Source of the DNA: Candidatus Omnitrophota bacterium
GTDB taxonomy: Bacteria > Omnitrophota > Gorgyraeia > Gygaellales > Profunditerraquicolaceae
Reading direction: 5' to 3'
Length of the DNA: 64,000 bases
Assembly: GCA_016208765.1 (NCBI GenBank)
Contig: JACQXK010000001.1
Coordinates: 218-64,217, forward strand
In this document: piece by piece, positions 9,328 through 19,214 of the stretch
How the letters are laid out: each line of letters starts with the position of its first letter
How positions within the stretch are numbered: the stretch's first letter is position 1
The notes under the pieces: generated by a model
Databases searched by the model: none
What the model was told of the DNA's origin: nothing
The model's input: the letters and a program-made list of their open reading frames with translations, nothing else
Position numbers and translations under genes: made by a program

Positions 9328-10377
9328 ATGGAGCTAAATGATTTGTTGAATCACACCAGCGAATGGCTCAAGGGAACCGGGCCGAATTCTGATATTGTAT
9401 TTTCTTCACGCCTGCGCTTTGCCCGCAATCTTGATAAAATACCTTTTCCGCACTGGGCAAATAAAGATCAGGCTGAAGAGGTTTTGGTTGCAATTGAACA
9501 GGCGATAAAAAAAATTGACGCGCTTAAACGTGTTACTATTTTCAGGCTAGCTGAAATGGACAGCGTTGATAAACAATTCCTTGTTGAGCGCCATTTGATG
9601 TCGCTGGATCACGCCCAGAAAACAAACCATAAGGCGGTAGCGATTGATGATGACGAGATGATCGCGATCATGATCAATGAAGAGGACCACATCCGTTTTC
9701 AGGTGATGCAGTCTGGATTTAATCTGTACGAGGCTTGGGAAATTATTAATAAAATTGATGACAGCCTTTCCAAAGAATTGTCTTTTGCTTTTGCCTCTGA
9801 CTGGGGATATTTGACTGCTTGCCCGACGAACGCCGGCACCGGTATGCGCGGATCGGTTATGCTGCATTTACCTGCCTTGGTGATGACGCGGCAGATTGAC
9901 AGGGTATTGGCTGCAATTGCAAAACTTAGCTTTACCACCCGAGGGCTTTATGGTGAAGGCACGCAGGCAACCGGAAATTGTTTCCAGATTTCCAACCAGG
10001 TTTCTTTGGGCCACAGTGAAGACGAGATCATCGGAAACATCAACGGCATCATCCGCCAGATAATTGATCAGGAGAATCAGGCGCGGGAAATTATGGTTTC
10101 AAAAAATAGGGAAGTTCTTGAAGACAGGGTTAACAGGAGCCTGGGGATCTTAAAGAGCGCAAGGATCATCTCAAGCCAGGAAACTATTGAGCTTTTGTCA
10201 ATGGTGCGGCTTGGCTGCGATACGGGGTTAATCAAGGATATTGACCGCCGCAGGGTGAATGAATTGTTTATTACTACTCAGCCTGCGCATCTGCAGAAGA
10301 TTGAAAATAAAAAATTAAGTTCTCAGGAGAGGGATGTTAAAAGGGCAGAACTTATCAGGAGTAAATTAAAATTATAA
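9328..10377 (+). CDS. mcsB: McsB, protein arginine kinase (ATP:guanido phosphotransferase)
   Basis: Phosphagen-kinase active-site motif CPTNAGTGMR; start overlaps the mcsA stop (TAAATG). Confidence 0.9.
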   Translation: MELNDLLNHTSEWLKGTGPNSDIVFSSRLRFARNLDKIPFPHWANKDQAEEVLVAIEQAIKKIDALKRVTIFRLAEMDSVDKQFLVERHLMSLDHAQKTNHKAVAIDDDEMIAIMINEEDHIRFQVMQSGFNLYEAWEIINKIDDSLSKELSFAFASDWGYLTACPTNAGTGMRGSVMLHLPALVMTRQIDRVLAAIAKLSFTTRGLYGEGTQATGNCFQISNQVSLGHSEDEIIGNINGIIRQIIDQENQAREIMVSKNREVLEDRVNRSLGILKSARIISSQETIELLSMVRLGCDTGLIKDIDRRRVNELFITTQPAHLQKIENKKLSSQERDVKRAELIRSKLKL

Positions 10378-10389
10378 TCGGGAGGGGCA

Positions 10390-12816
10390 ATGTTTAGCAG
10401 ATTTACAGAGAGGGCAAGGAAGGTAATTATCTTGGCAAAGGAAGAGGCGCGCCGTTTTAATCATGATTATATCGGGACAGAGCATATTTTATTGGGCCTT
10501 GTTCGTGAGGGAGAAGGCGTGGCTGCTGCTGTTCTACAGAAGATGGGGGTTTCTTTAGAGAATATCCGCCTTGAAATTGAAAAGCTGGTCCAGCCGGGGC
10601 CGGCAACACAAATTATCGGAGATATTCCTTTTACCCCGAGGGCAAAGAAGGCGCTTGAGCTTGCTGCCGAGGAGGCGCGCGCCTTAGGGCATAATTATAT
10701 CGGGACAGAGCATATTTTATTGGGCCTTATACGGGAAGGCGAAGGCATTGCGTCACAGGTATTATTAAATTTAGGGATGGATTTAAATACGGTAAGAAGC
10801 GAAGTGATGGAGTTATTGGGTTCATCATTACCCGGAGGCGCTGCTCCTGTCGGGGCGCAGGCAAAAACAAAGACTCCGGCATTAGATGCTTTTGGCCGCG
10901 ATCTTACTGTGCTTGCCCGCGAAAATAAATTGGATCCGGTAATTGACAGGCATGGTGAAATTGAACGTGTTATCCAGATCTTAAGCCGAAGGACAAAAAA
11001 TAATCCTGTACTTTTGGGTGAGGCAGGCGTGGGAAAGACTGCGATTGTAGAGGGGTTGGCGCAGTCAATTGTTACGGGAAATGTGCCGGAGATATTAAGA
11101 GGTAAGCGTATTGTAGTTTTGGATTTGGCGTTAATGGTAGCCGGTACAAAATACCGTGGCCAGTTTGAAGAACGGATCAAGGCGGTAATGGAGGAAATAA
11201 AGCGTTCACAAGATGTGATCATTTTTATTGATGAGCTGCATACTCTCGTCGGGGCTGGTGCCGCGGAGGGTGCAATTGACGCCTCAAACATCTTGAAACC
11301 GTCATTGTCCCGCGGAGAGATGCAATGCATTGGTGCCACTACCATGGATGAATACAGGAAATACATTGAAAAGGACGCTGCCCTTGAGCGCAGGTTCCAG
11401 ACAATCATGGTTGAGCCTCCGTCGGTGGAACAGACGGTTGAAATATTAAAGGGCCTGCGTGATAGATATGAGGCCCATCATAGGGTTAGTTTTAAAGATG
11501 ATGCTTTAGAGGCGGCGGCAAAATTATCTGATCGTTATATTTCAGGAAGGTTCTTGCCTGATAAAGCAATTGATATTATTGATGAAGCAGGTTCCAGGGC
11601 ACGGCTTAATGTTTTAATCGTGCCTCCTGATATTAAGAAGCTTGAGGAAAAAGTGGAGTCTCTCCGTAAGGAAAAGGAGTCTTTTATTAAGTCTCAGGAT
11701 TTTGAAAAAGCAGCTTCTCTGCGGGACCAGGAAAGGCAGGCGCGACAGGAATTGGAGCAGCTTACCCGCGAATGGAACCAGGCCAAGGATAAAATGCGCC
11801 CTGAGGTTGGAGAAGAAGAGATTGCCAAGATCGTTGCCCAGTGGACAGGTATCCCGATCTTCCGGCTTGAGGAAAAAGAGAGTGAGAAATTATTAAAGAT
11901 TGAAGAAGACCTGCATAAGCGCGTAGTCGGGCAGAATGAGGCAATTGATACAATTGCCCATGCGGTGCGGCGTTCCCGTGCAGGCATGAAAGATCCGCGC
12001 AGGCCTATCGGTTCATTTGTTTTCCTGGGCCCGACGGGCGTAGGTAAAACTTTATTAGCCCGCGCCTTGGCGGAATTTATGTTTGGTGACGAAGATGCCC
12101 TGGTGCAGTTGGATATGTCTGAGTATATGGAAAAATTTAATGTTTCCCGTTTAGTGGGCGCTCCTCCGGGATACGTCGGGTACGAAGAAGGCGGGCAATT
12201 GACTGAAAAGGTGCGCCGCCGTCCGTATTCAGTGATCCTTTTGGATGAAATAGAGAAGGCGCATCCCGATGTATTTAATCTGCTCCTGCAGGTTTTTGAA
12301 GAGGGCCGCCTGACTGACAGCTTTGGCAGGAAAGTTGATTTCCGTAATACAATTATCATTATGACCTCTAATGTCGGGGCTGAGCTTATCCGTAAGACCG
12401 GTTCTCTTGGATTTAAGACGCAGAAAGAAGAGGTCACTTATCAGGATATGAAGGATAAGTTGTTAGAAGAAGTTAAGCGCACATTTAAGCCGGAGTTTAT
12501 CAACCGCATTGATGATATTATTGTTTTCAGGCCGTTGTTAAAAGAAGATTTACAGAGGATCATTAATATTGAGATTGGTTATGTAATTGAGCGTTTGCGC
12601 GACCAGAAAATTGAAATGGAGGTTACGCAGGAAGCAAAGGATTTTCTGATTGAAAAGGGTTTTGATCCGGTATTTGGGGCGCGCCCTTTAAAAAGGACCA
12701 TCCAGAGATTTTTGGAGGACCCTCTTTCTTCGGAGATAATCTCAAAGAGATTTACCGAAGGAAGCAAGATAAAGATTGTCCGTAAAAATGAGGAGCTGGT
12801 TTTTGAAAACGCATGA
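10390..12816 (+). CDS. clpC: ATP-dependent Clp protease ATP-binding subunit ClpC
   Basis: Duplicated Clp_N repeats, two AAA+ modules (GEAGVGKT and GPTGVGKT), mid-domain UVR motif (FEKAASLRDQE). Confidence 0.95.
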   Translation: MFSRFTERARKVIILAKEEARRFNHDYIGTEHILLGLVREGEGVAAAVLQKMGVSLENIRLEIEKLVQPGPATQIIGDIPFTPRAKKALELAAEEARALGHNYIGTEHILLGLIREGEGIASQVLLNLGMDLNTVRSEVMELLGSSLPGGAAPVGAQAKTKTPALDAFGRDLTVLARENKLDPVIDRHGEIERVIQILSRRTKNNPVLLGEAGVGKTAIVEGLAQSIVTGNVPEILRGKRIVVLDLALMVAGTKYRGQFEERIKAVMEEIKRSQDVIIFIDELHTLVGAGAAEGAIDASNILKPSLSRGEMQCIGATTMDEYRKYIEKDAALERRFQTIMVEPPSVEQTVEILKGLRDRYEAHHRVSFKDDALEAAAKLSDRYISGRFLPDKAIDIIDEAGSRARLNVLIVPPDIKKLEEKVESLRKEKESFIKSQDFEKAASLRDQERQARQELEQLTREWNQAKDKMRPEVGEEEIAKIVAQWTGIPIFRLEEKESEKLLKIEEDLHKRVVGQNEAIDTIAHAVRRSRAGMKDPRRPIGSFVFLGPTGVGKTLLARALAEFMFGDEDALVQLDMSEYMEKFNVSRLVGAPPGYVGYEEGGQLTEKVRRRPYSVILLDEIEKAHPDVFNLLLQVFEEGRLTDSFGRKVDFRNTIIIMTSNVGAELIRKTGSLGFKTQKEEVTYQDMKDKLLEEVKRTFKPEFINRIDDIIVFRPLLKEDLQRIINIEIGYVIERLRDQKIEMEVTQEAKDFLIEKGFDPVFGARPLKRTIQRFLEDPLSSEIISKRFTEGSKIKIVRKNEELVFENA

Positions 12817-13598
12817 TTAATGATTTTCTTTCCAATATAGGCAGAAGGACGCTTTCTTTCTTGTATTTTGCAGGTGGATTGGCGAGCCTTAGCGGACAGG
12901 CGATTTATTTAACTTTTGTCCCGCCTTTTCATAAGGGGCGTTTTCTTGAGCAGGTAAAAAAAGCCGGCTGCGACAGTTTACCAATAGTATCTCTGGTGGC
13001 ATTGTTCATCGGTTTTATTTTTGCCTTGCAGACTGCTTATTTTATGCAGCGTATCGGCTCTGAGATGTATATCGCAAGCCTTGTTGCCCTTTCAATTGTC
13101 AGGGAACTCGGCCCGGTGATTACTGCCTTGGTGGTGGCAGGCAGGGTAGGTGCTTCAATTACCGCGGAACTCGGCTCAATGCAGGTTACCGAGCAGATTG
13201 ATGCTTTGGAAACCCTGGCGAGTAATCCCATAAAATATCTGGTAGTGCCTCGTTTTCTGGCATTAAGTATCGTGCTTCCTTTGTTAACTCTTTATGCCGA
13301 TATTATCGGTATCCTGGGAAGTTATATTATTTGTGTTTTTAAACTGGGGATTTCCTCCAGTTTATACCTTCATGTTACATTTGATGCTCTTTTGTATAAG
13401 GATTTGTTTACCGGGTTGTTTAAGACAATTTTCTTCGGGATGCTGATCGCGTTTATCAGCTGTTATGAAGGTTTTAATGTTGAGGGAGGGGCAGAGGGCG
13501 TCGGGCAGGCAACTACGCGTTCAGTGGTTTTTACCTTTATCATGATTATTGCCGCCGATTGTTTCTTTACCGCAATATTTTATTTTATTTTTCCATGA
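12813..13598 (+). CDS. mlaE: MlaE-family ABC permease (phospholipid transport)
   Basis: Polytopic permease with the conserved MlaE region …IVRELGPVITALVVAGRVGASITAELGSMQVTEQIDALE…. Confidence 0.85.
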   Translation: MINDFLSNIGRRTLSFLYFAGGLASLSGQAIYLTFVPPFHKGRFLEQVKKAGCDSLPIVSLVALFIGFIFALQTAYFMQRIGSEMYIASLVALSIVRELGPVITALVVAGRVGASITAELGSMQVTEQIDALETLASNPIKYLVVPRFLALSIVLPLLTLYADIIGILGSYIICVFKLGISSSLYLHVTFDALLYKDLFTGLFKTIFFGMLIAFISCYEGFNVEGGAEGVGQATTRSVVFTFIMIIAADCFFTAIFYFIFP

Positions 13599-14347
13599 TT
13601 GAAATTAATGAATTATATAAATCATTTAACTCGCATCAGGTTTTAAGCGGTTTAAACCTTAAGATCCAGAAAGGCTCAACCTGCGTAATTATCGGCCGTT
13701 CAGGATGCGGGAAGAGTGTTTTACTTAAGCATATCGTCGGAATTCTTAAGCCGGATAGCGGCAGTGTTTTTGTTGACGGTAAAGATGTCACGCATTTAAA
13801 TGACAAAGACCTGAATTCTTTAAGGCTCAGGATAAGCATAGTATTCCAGGGGGGAGCTCTTTTTGATTCGTTAAGCGTAGCGGATAATGTCGGGTTTGGT
13901 TTGATTGAGCACCAGCATATAAGCCGGAAAGAATTGTTGGAACGTGTCAAAGAGTCTTTGGCCTTAGTTGATCTTAAGGGTGTGGAAGATATGATGCCTT
14001 CTTCATTAAGCGGTGGAATGAAAAAGCGCGTATCCCTTGCGCGGGCAATTTGTATAAAGCCGGATCTTATTCTTTATGATGAACCAACTACAGGCGTTGA
14101 TCCGATCACTGCGGACAGCATTAATGAGTTAATCAAGAGCTTGCATGATAAATTAAAAGTAACTGCAGTGGTGGTCACCCATGATATGAAAAGCGCTTAT
14201 CGCGTTGCTGACCGGATCGCCATGATGTATCAGGGCAAGATCATTGCCGAGGGGAATTCTCAGGAAATTCAGCAAACTCAGGACCCGGTGGTGCATCAAT
14301 TTATAAATGGCCTGTCTCAAGGCCCGATTACTGAAAGTTTAGGATAA
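13595..14347 (+). CDS. mlaF: MlaF-family ABC ATP-binding protein
   Basis: Start reassigned to the ATG at 13595 (MIEINELYKSF…), which overlaps the mlaE stop (ATGA). The track ORF 13559 adds 12 hydrophobic residues. Walker A GRSGCGKS, LSGGMKKRVSLARA, Walker B LYDEPTTGVD. Confidence 0.85.
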   Translation: MIEINELYKSFNSHQVLSGLNLKIQKGSTCVIIGRSGCGKSVLLKHIVGILKPDSGSVFVDGKDVTHLNDKDLNSLRLRISIVFQGGALFDSLSVADNVGFGLIEHQHISRKELLERVKESLALVDLKGVEDMMPSSLSGGMKKRVSLARAICIKPDLILYDEPTTGVDPITADSINELIKSLHDKLKVTAVVVTHDMKSAYRVADRIAMMYQGKIIAEGNSQEIQQTQDPVVHQFINGLSQGPITESLG

Positions 14348-14363
14348 TTGACGGAGGATTAAA

Positions 14364-14981
14364 ATGGTATTCGGTAAAACAAAATTAGAATTAAAGGTAG
14401 GGGTTTTTGTCATTGTTGGTTTAGCGATCTTGGTAACCTTTATTTTGTCTATCGGAAAGTTTAAAACCTGGACCGCGGGATATAAAGTCGGATTTATTTT
14501 TAATTTCTCAAACGGCGTCAAGGTTGGAGCGCCCGTGCGTTTTGCCGGAATGGATGTGGGAGAGGTTAAACACATCAGTATTTCTATGCCCAAGGAAACC
14601 GGAGAAAATGCCAAGGTCAAGGTTTTATGCTGGGTGAAAAAGAAGGTTGCTATTCCTGTTGATTCAACTATCTGGGTAAATACCCTTGGTTTGTTAGGAG
14701 AGAAATATATTGAAATAATGCCCGGGCATGATTATCAGCATTGTCTTGTTGCTAACCAGACTTTAGAAGGAGTAGATCCTTTGGCCATGCACGAAGTGGT
14801 GCGCACAGCAAAAAATATTGTTGATAATCTTGATCAGGGTATTGAGAGAATTAATAAAGGAGAAGGGACGATTGGAAAACTTCTTTATGATGATTCGGTA
14901 TATAATGAACTTGATGCATTTATGAAGGATATCCGTAAGAATCCCTGGAAATTATTCTTTAGGGCCAAGGAGAAGAAATAA
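14364..14981 (+). CDS. mlaD: MlaD-family MCE-domain protein
   Basis: Single N-terminal TM helix followed by an MCE fold. Confidence 0.75.
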   Translation: MVFGKTKLELKVGVFVIVGLAILVTFILSIGKFKTWTAGYKVGFIFNFSNGVKVGAPVRFAGMDVGEVKHISISMPKETGENAKVKVLCWVKKKVAIPVDSTIWVNTLGLLGEKYIEIMPGHDYQHCLVANQTLEGVDPLAMHEVVRTAKNIVDNLDQGIERINKGEGTIGKLLYDDSVYNELDAFMKDIRKNPWKLFFRAKEKK

Positions 14982-14983
14982 TA

Positions 14984-16354
14984 GTGAAAATAAAAACTAT
15001 TTTTAGCTGTCAGAATTGCGGGTATCAATCGCCGAAGTGGATAGGAAAATGCCCGGACTGCAACAGTTGGAATTCTTTTGCCGAAGAAGATTTCAGTTCT
15101 TTTGATAATAAGCCTAAAGAAAGAGTTTCTTTATATACTCAGGGTCCGGTTTTACTAAAAGATGTTCAGATAAAAGAAGAAAACCGTTTAAAGACACATA
15201 TCAAGGAGCTGGATAGGGTTTTAGGAGGCGGAGTGGTGCCGGGTTCGGTAGTTTTGATCGGAGGAGACCCTGGAGTCGGAAAGTCAACGATCTCTCTTCA
15301 GGTTTCCAATCACCTGACTAAGCAGGATGTAACGGTGCTTTACGTCAGCGGAGAGGAGTCAGCCGCCCAGACAAAACTAAGGGCAAAACGTTTAGGCAGC
15401 ATTGATTCGGATAAATTATTTATTGTCAATCAAACGGATTTGTCTTTAATCTGCGAATACATCAAAAAGATCAAGCCGCAGGTTGTGGTTATTGATTCTA
15501 TTCAGGTTGTTTTTAACCCGCAGATCAGCTCTTCTCCCGGAAGTGTCAGTCAGGTCAGGGAATGTGCAAGCCTGTTAACGCAGCTGGCAAAAAGTTCCGG
15601 CATTTCGCTTTTTATAATAGGACATGTTACAAAAGAAGGTGCGCTTGCCGGGCCTCGTGTTTTAGAGCATATTGTTGATACGGTGCTTTATTTTGAGGGG
15701 GACCGTTTTTCAATCTACCGTATGCTGCGCGCGGTAAAAAACAGGTTTGGTTCTACAAACGAGATCGGGGTCTTTGAGATGACAGCCTCCGGGCTTAGCG
15801 AAGTAAGCAATCCTTCTGAAATATTCTTGTCAGAAAGGCCCAAGGATGTTTCAGGTTCGGTGGTGGTTTCTGTTTTGGAAGGTACTCGTCCTCTTCTCGT
15901 GGAGATCCAGGCGCTTGTGGCGCGTTCAAGCTTTGGTTATGCCACCAGGCGAGGGCAGGGGTTTGATTTTAACCGGCTGGCTTTATTAATCGCTGTTTTA
16001 GAGAAACGCATGGGCCTTGCGCTTGAGGCCGAGGATATTTTTATTAATGTTGCAGGAGGGATCAAGATTGAGGATCCCAGCGCTGATTTGGCTGTGGCCT
16101 TGGCAATTGCTTCTGCATTTGGGGATAAGACAGTTTTACCCGATACAGTTGTGGTAGGAGAGGTGGGTTTGGCAGGCGAGATTAGAAGTGTGGCGCAGGT
16201 GAGCCTGCGCATCAGCGAAGCCCAGAGGCTGGGGTTTAAAAGGTGTGTTTTGCCAAAGAACAATTATAAAAATTTGCGCCTGGATAAGGGAGAAATTGAA
16301 TTAGTGCCGGTTTCCACGCTTAAAGAGGCATTGGATATTTTACTTGGGAGGTAG
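14984..16354 (+). CDS. radA: DNA repair protein RadA/Sms
   Basis: C4 zinc finger (CQNCGYQ…CPDCNSW), RecA-like Walker A GDPGVGKST, KNRFG motif, Lon-like C-terminal domain. Confidence 0.95.
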   Translation: MKIKTIFSCQNCGYQSPKWIGKCPDCNSWNSFAEEDFSSFDNKPKERVSLYTQGPVLLKDVQIKEENRLKTHIKELDRVLGGGVVPGSVVLIGGDPGVGKSTISLQVSNHLTKQDVTVLYVSGEESAAQTKLRAKRLGSIDSDKLFIVNQTDLSLICEYIKKIKPQVVVIDSIQVVFNPQISSSPGSVSQVRECASLLTQLAKSSGISLFIIGHVTKEGALAGPRVLEHIVDTVLYFEGDRFSIYRMLRAVKNRFGSTNEIGVFEMTASGLSEVSNPSEIFLSERPKDVSGSVVVSVLEGTRPLLVEIQALVARSSFGYATRRGQGFDFNRLALLIAVLEKRMGLALEAEDIFINVAGGIKIEDPSADLAVALAIASAFGDKTVLPDTVVVGEVGLAGEIRSVAQVSLRISEAQRLGFKRCVLPKNNYKNLRLDKGEIELVPVSTLKEALDILLGR

Positions 16355-16358
16355 TTAG

Positions 16359-17339
16359 ATGAATATTTTACTGGTAAGGATTTTATTTGTAGTGGGAAGT
16401 TTAATTATCGGGTATCAGACTGTGTCTGTGGGAGGGTCTGGTTTGATCGGGGCAGGAATAGGCGCGGCTGCCGCTCTTTTAATGATTCTTTTAGAAATTG
16501 GTTTACGCAAAGTTTCGGTTACCGGTTTATCAAGCGCGGTGTTTGGGTTGATCTTAGGTTTGATTATGGCAAAGCTTGTAAGTGATGCATTCAGCCTCTC
16601 ACACATAGATGTAGAGTCTTTAAGTATTATTCGTGTTACCTTGACTTTGATTTTCTGTTATCTGGGTATGGTAATGGCGTTACGCGGTAAGGATGAATTC
16701 AATGTTATTATTCCTTATGTGCGGTTGCGCAGGCAGGATAATCCTGAAGAGATTACCCTGGTTGATACAAGTGTCATTATTGACGGAAGGATTGTGGATA
16801 TTTGTAAAAGTAAATTCCTTTCCGGCAAGATAATTATTCCTAAGTTTGTTTTAAGAGAATTGCAGCAGATTGCCGACTCAACTGACCCGATTAAACGCCA
16901 AAGAGGCAGGCGCGGGCTTGAAATGCTGCATACGGTGCAGAAGGAATCCGGTGTTGATATTACAATCCACGAGGAAGATTTTCCGGAAACAAATGAGGTG
17001 GATGCTAAATTGGTAAAATTAGCCAAGTTGCTCGGAGCAAGTATTCTGACGGTGGATTATAACCTTAACCGCGTAGCCAGTATCCAGGGAGTGAAGGTGT
17101 TAAATATAAATGAACTGGCAAACGCGTTAAAACCGATGGTCTTTCCCGGAGAGAATATGCAGATAAAATTAATCAAAGAAGGCAAAGAGCATAATCAGGC
17201 GATAGGTTATCTTGATGATGGTACAATGGTGGTTGTAGAGGATGCCCGTCGGATGATCGGACAGGAAGTTAAAGTTGCGGTAACTTCTGTTTTACAGACT
17301 CAGGCAGGAAGAATGATTTTTACCAAGCTTGAGAAATAA
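16359..17339 (+). CDS. YacL-like membrane protein with PIN and TRAM domains
   Basis: N-terminal TM helices, PIN domain ([12 protein letters not shown]), C-terminal TRAM-like beta barrel; sits where yacL does in Bacillus synteny. Confidence 0.8.
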   Translation: MNILLVRILFVVGSLIIGYQTVSVGGSGLIGAGIGAAAALLMILLEIGLRKVSVTGLSSAVFGLILGLIMAKLVSDAFSLSHIDVESLSIIRVTLTLIFCYLGMVMALRGKDEFNVIIPYVRLRRQDNPEEITLVDTSVIIDGRIVDICKSKFLSGKIIIPKFVLRELQQIADSTDPIKRQRGRRGLEMLHTVQKESGVDITIHEEDFPETNEVDAKLVKLAKLLGASILTVDYNLNRVASIQGVKVLNINELANALKPMVFPGENMQIKLIKEGKEHNQAIGYLDDGTMVVVEDARRMIGQEVKVAVTSVLQTQAGRMIFTKLEK

Positions 17340-17341
17340 AA

Positions 17342-18043
17342 ATGAATTTATCGACAATACTGCTTGCGGCAGGCGCAGGCAAAAGATTTAAGTCTAAGGT
17401 TCCAAAGCCGCTTGTAAGCCTTGCCGGGAAGCCTGTTTTTATTTACAGCCTCCAGATATTAAGTAAATTAATCTTTGTCAGAGATATTGTTGTTGTGGTT
17501 AACTCTTATAATGCTTCGGAAGTTGCCCGCGAGATCAAACGCTACCGGATAAAAAAGATCAGGTGTTTGGTTAAAGGTGGAAGGCGCAGGCAGGATTCAG
17601 TGTTATGCGGTTTGAATGCGCTGGATCAAAGTTCTGATTTTGTTTTGATTCATGATTCTGCCCGGCCATTTATTAGCAGTAAAATGGTTTCTGTGGCTGT
17701 AAAAGAAGCTTGTAAAACAGGAGCAGCGATTTTGGGTGTGCCTGTGAAGGCGACTATAAAAGAAATTGTCACCTCTCTCCCGTCGGCTGTCGCCTGTGAA
17801 AAGATTGTAAAAAAGACATTGGATAGAAGCAAGCTTTGGGAGATTCAGACTCCGCAGGTATTTAAGAAGGATGTTATAGTTGAAGCATACCGAAAGTTTG
17901 GCAAAAAAGAAGTTACAGACGATGCCTCTTTGGTTGAAAAACTTGGGAAAGGAGTAGCTGTTGTGCAAGGGGCGTATTCAAACATTAAAATTACGACTCC
18001 GGAGGATTTGCAGATAGCAGGAGCAATTGCTAAAAATTTATGA
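17342..18043 (+). CDS. ispD: 2-C-methyl-D-erythritol 4-phosphate cytidylyltransferase
   Basis: ILLAAGAGKRF N-terminus, IHDSARPF motif. Confidence 0.9.
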   Translation: MNLSTILLAAGAGKRFKSKVPKPLVSLAGKPVFIYSLQILSKLIFVRDIVVVVNSYNASEVAREIKRYRIKKIRCLVKGGRRRQDSVLCGLNALDQSSDFVLIHDSARPFISSKMVSVAVKEACKTGAAILGVPVKATIKEIVTSLPSAVACEKIVKKTLDRSKLWEIQTPQVFKKDVIVEAYRKFGKKEVTDDASLVEKLGKGVAVVQGAYSNIKITTPEDLQIAGAIAKNL

Positions 18044-18522
18044 AATCCCGAATTGGTATTGGTTATGATATCCATCGCTTAGTAGAGGGCCGTAAGTTAT
18101 TCTTAGGCGGTGTTGAAATTCCATTTATTAAGGGGTTGCTGGGCCACTCAGACGGAGATGCTCTTTTGCATTCCATTTGTGATGCGCTTTTAGGGGCATT
18201 ATCAGCTGGAGATATTGGGAGCCATTTTCCGGATACCGACCCAAAGTATCAAGGAGTTTCAAGTGCAATATTATTGGAAAAGGTGGTAGAATTAGTGAAG
18301 ATGCGTAAATTTAGCATAAATAATATTGATACGGTAGTTATTGCGCAAGAGCCGATATTGGCGCCATTTAAAGAAAAGATTGCTCAGAATGTTGCGCAGA
18401 TTTTAAATATTAGTAAAGATTGTGTTAGTGTCAAAGCAAAGACTAATGAGGGTTTGGGCGAGGTTGGTGAAAAGCTTGCTATTGCCTGTTATGCAGTGGC
18501 AGCTTTAGAAGCGGAGGAATAA
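18040..18522 (+). CDS. ispF: 2-C-methyl-D-erythritol 2,4-cyclodiphosphate synthase
   Basis: [10 protein letters not shown]… HSDGDALLH motifs; overlaps the ispD stop. Confidence 0.9.
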   Translation: MKSRIGIGYDIHRLVEGRKLFLGGVEIPFIKGLLGHSDGDALLHSICDALLGALSAGDIGSHFPDTDPKYQGVSSAILLEKVVELVKMRKFSINNIDTVVIAQEPILAPFKEKIAQNVAQILNISKDCVSVKAKTNEGLGEVGEKLAIACYAVAALEAEE

Positions 18523-18523
18523 A

Positions 18524-19207
18524 ATGGAGCTTCTTGTTAAAATCTTAGTAGCATTGCTTATTTTATTTGTAATTAAGGTTAGCTTAATAATTTTATTTTT
18601 TTATAGTGAAATTAGGGCAGCCCAGAAAAGGGATCCTGCTGCAAAAAACTTTTTTGAAGTGCTTTTTCTTTATCCCGGGCTGCACGCATTGATTTATTAT
18701 CGCGTTGCTCATTTGCTGCATAAAATAGGTATGACTTTTTCCGCCCGCTTTATTTCCCAGCTTGCACGTTTCTTCACCGGCATTGAAATACATCCGGGAG
18801 CCCAAATAGGAAAGAATTTCTTTATTGATCACGGGATGGGTGTTGTGATTGGAGAAACTACAATTATCGGTGACAATGTGCTTTTGTATCAGGGGGTGAC
18901 CCTGGGAGGGACTGGGCTTCAGCAAGGCAAACGCCATCCGACTCTGGGTAATAGCGTTGTTATCGGCACAGGTGCCAAGGTATTGGGGAATATTCTTATC
19001 GGTGATAATTCCTATGTCGGGGCAAATGCGGTGGTAATTAAGGATGTCCCTCCGAATTCTACTGTTGTGGGGGTGCCGGGAAGAATCACAAAACAAGAAG
19101 GAAAGAAAATTGATGTGAGCCTTGACCATATTCATGTATTGGATCCTATCATGCAGTCTGTTGAAGAGTTGGAAAAGAGATTAGAAGAGTTAGAAAAACG
19201 CAAATAA
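18524..19207 (+). CDS. cysE: serine O-acetyltransferase
   Basis: DPAA…LYPGLHAL…[10 protein letters not shown]…[12 protein letters not shown] hexapeptide-repeat region nearly collinear with Bacillus CysE. N-terminal 30 aa are hydrophobic, so the true start may be slightly downstream. Confidence 0.9.
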   Translation: MELLVKILVALLILFVIKVSLIILFFYSEIRAAQKRDPAAKNFFEVLFLYPGLHALIYYRVAHLLHKIGMTFSARFISQLARFFTGIEIHPGAQIGKNFFIDHGMGVVIGETTIIGDNVLLYQGVTLGGTGLQQGKRHPTLGNSVVIGTGAKVLGNILIGDNSYVGANAVVIKDVPPNSTVVGVPGRITKQEGKKIDVSLDHIHVLDPIMQSVEELEKRLEELEKRK

Positions 19208-19214
19208 TCGTTCC

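Noticed and set aside
10695-12437. Long minus-strand ORFs (237 aa and 247 aa) inside clpC
   Set aside because: They are antisense to a strongly supported, motif-rich AAA+ gene. They have no motifs of their own and their composition simply mirrors the sense strand. These are spurious shadow ORFs.
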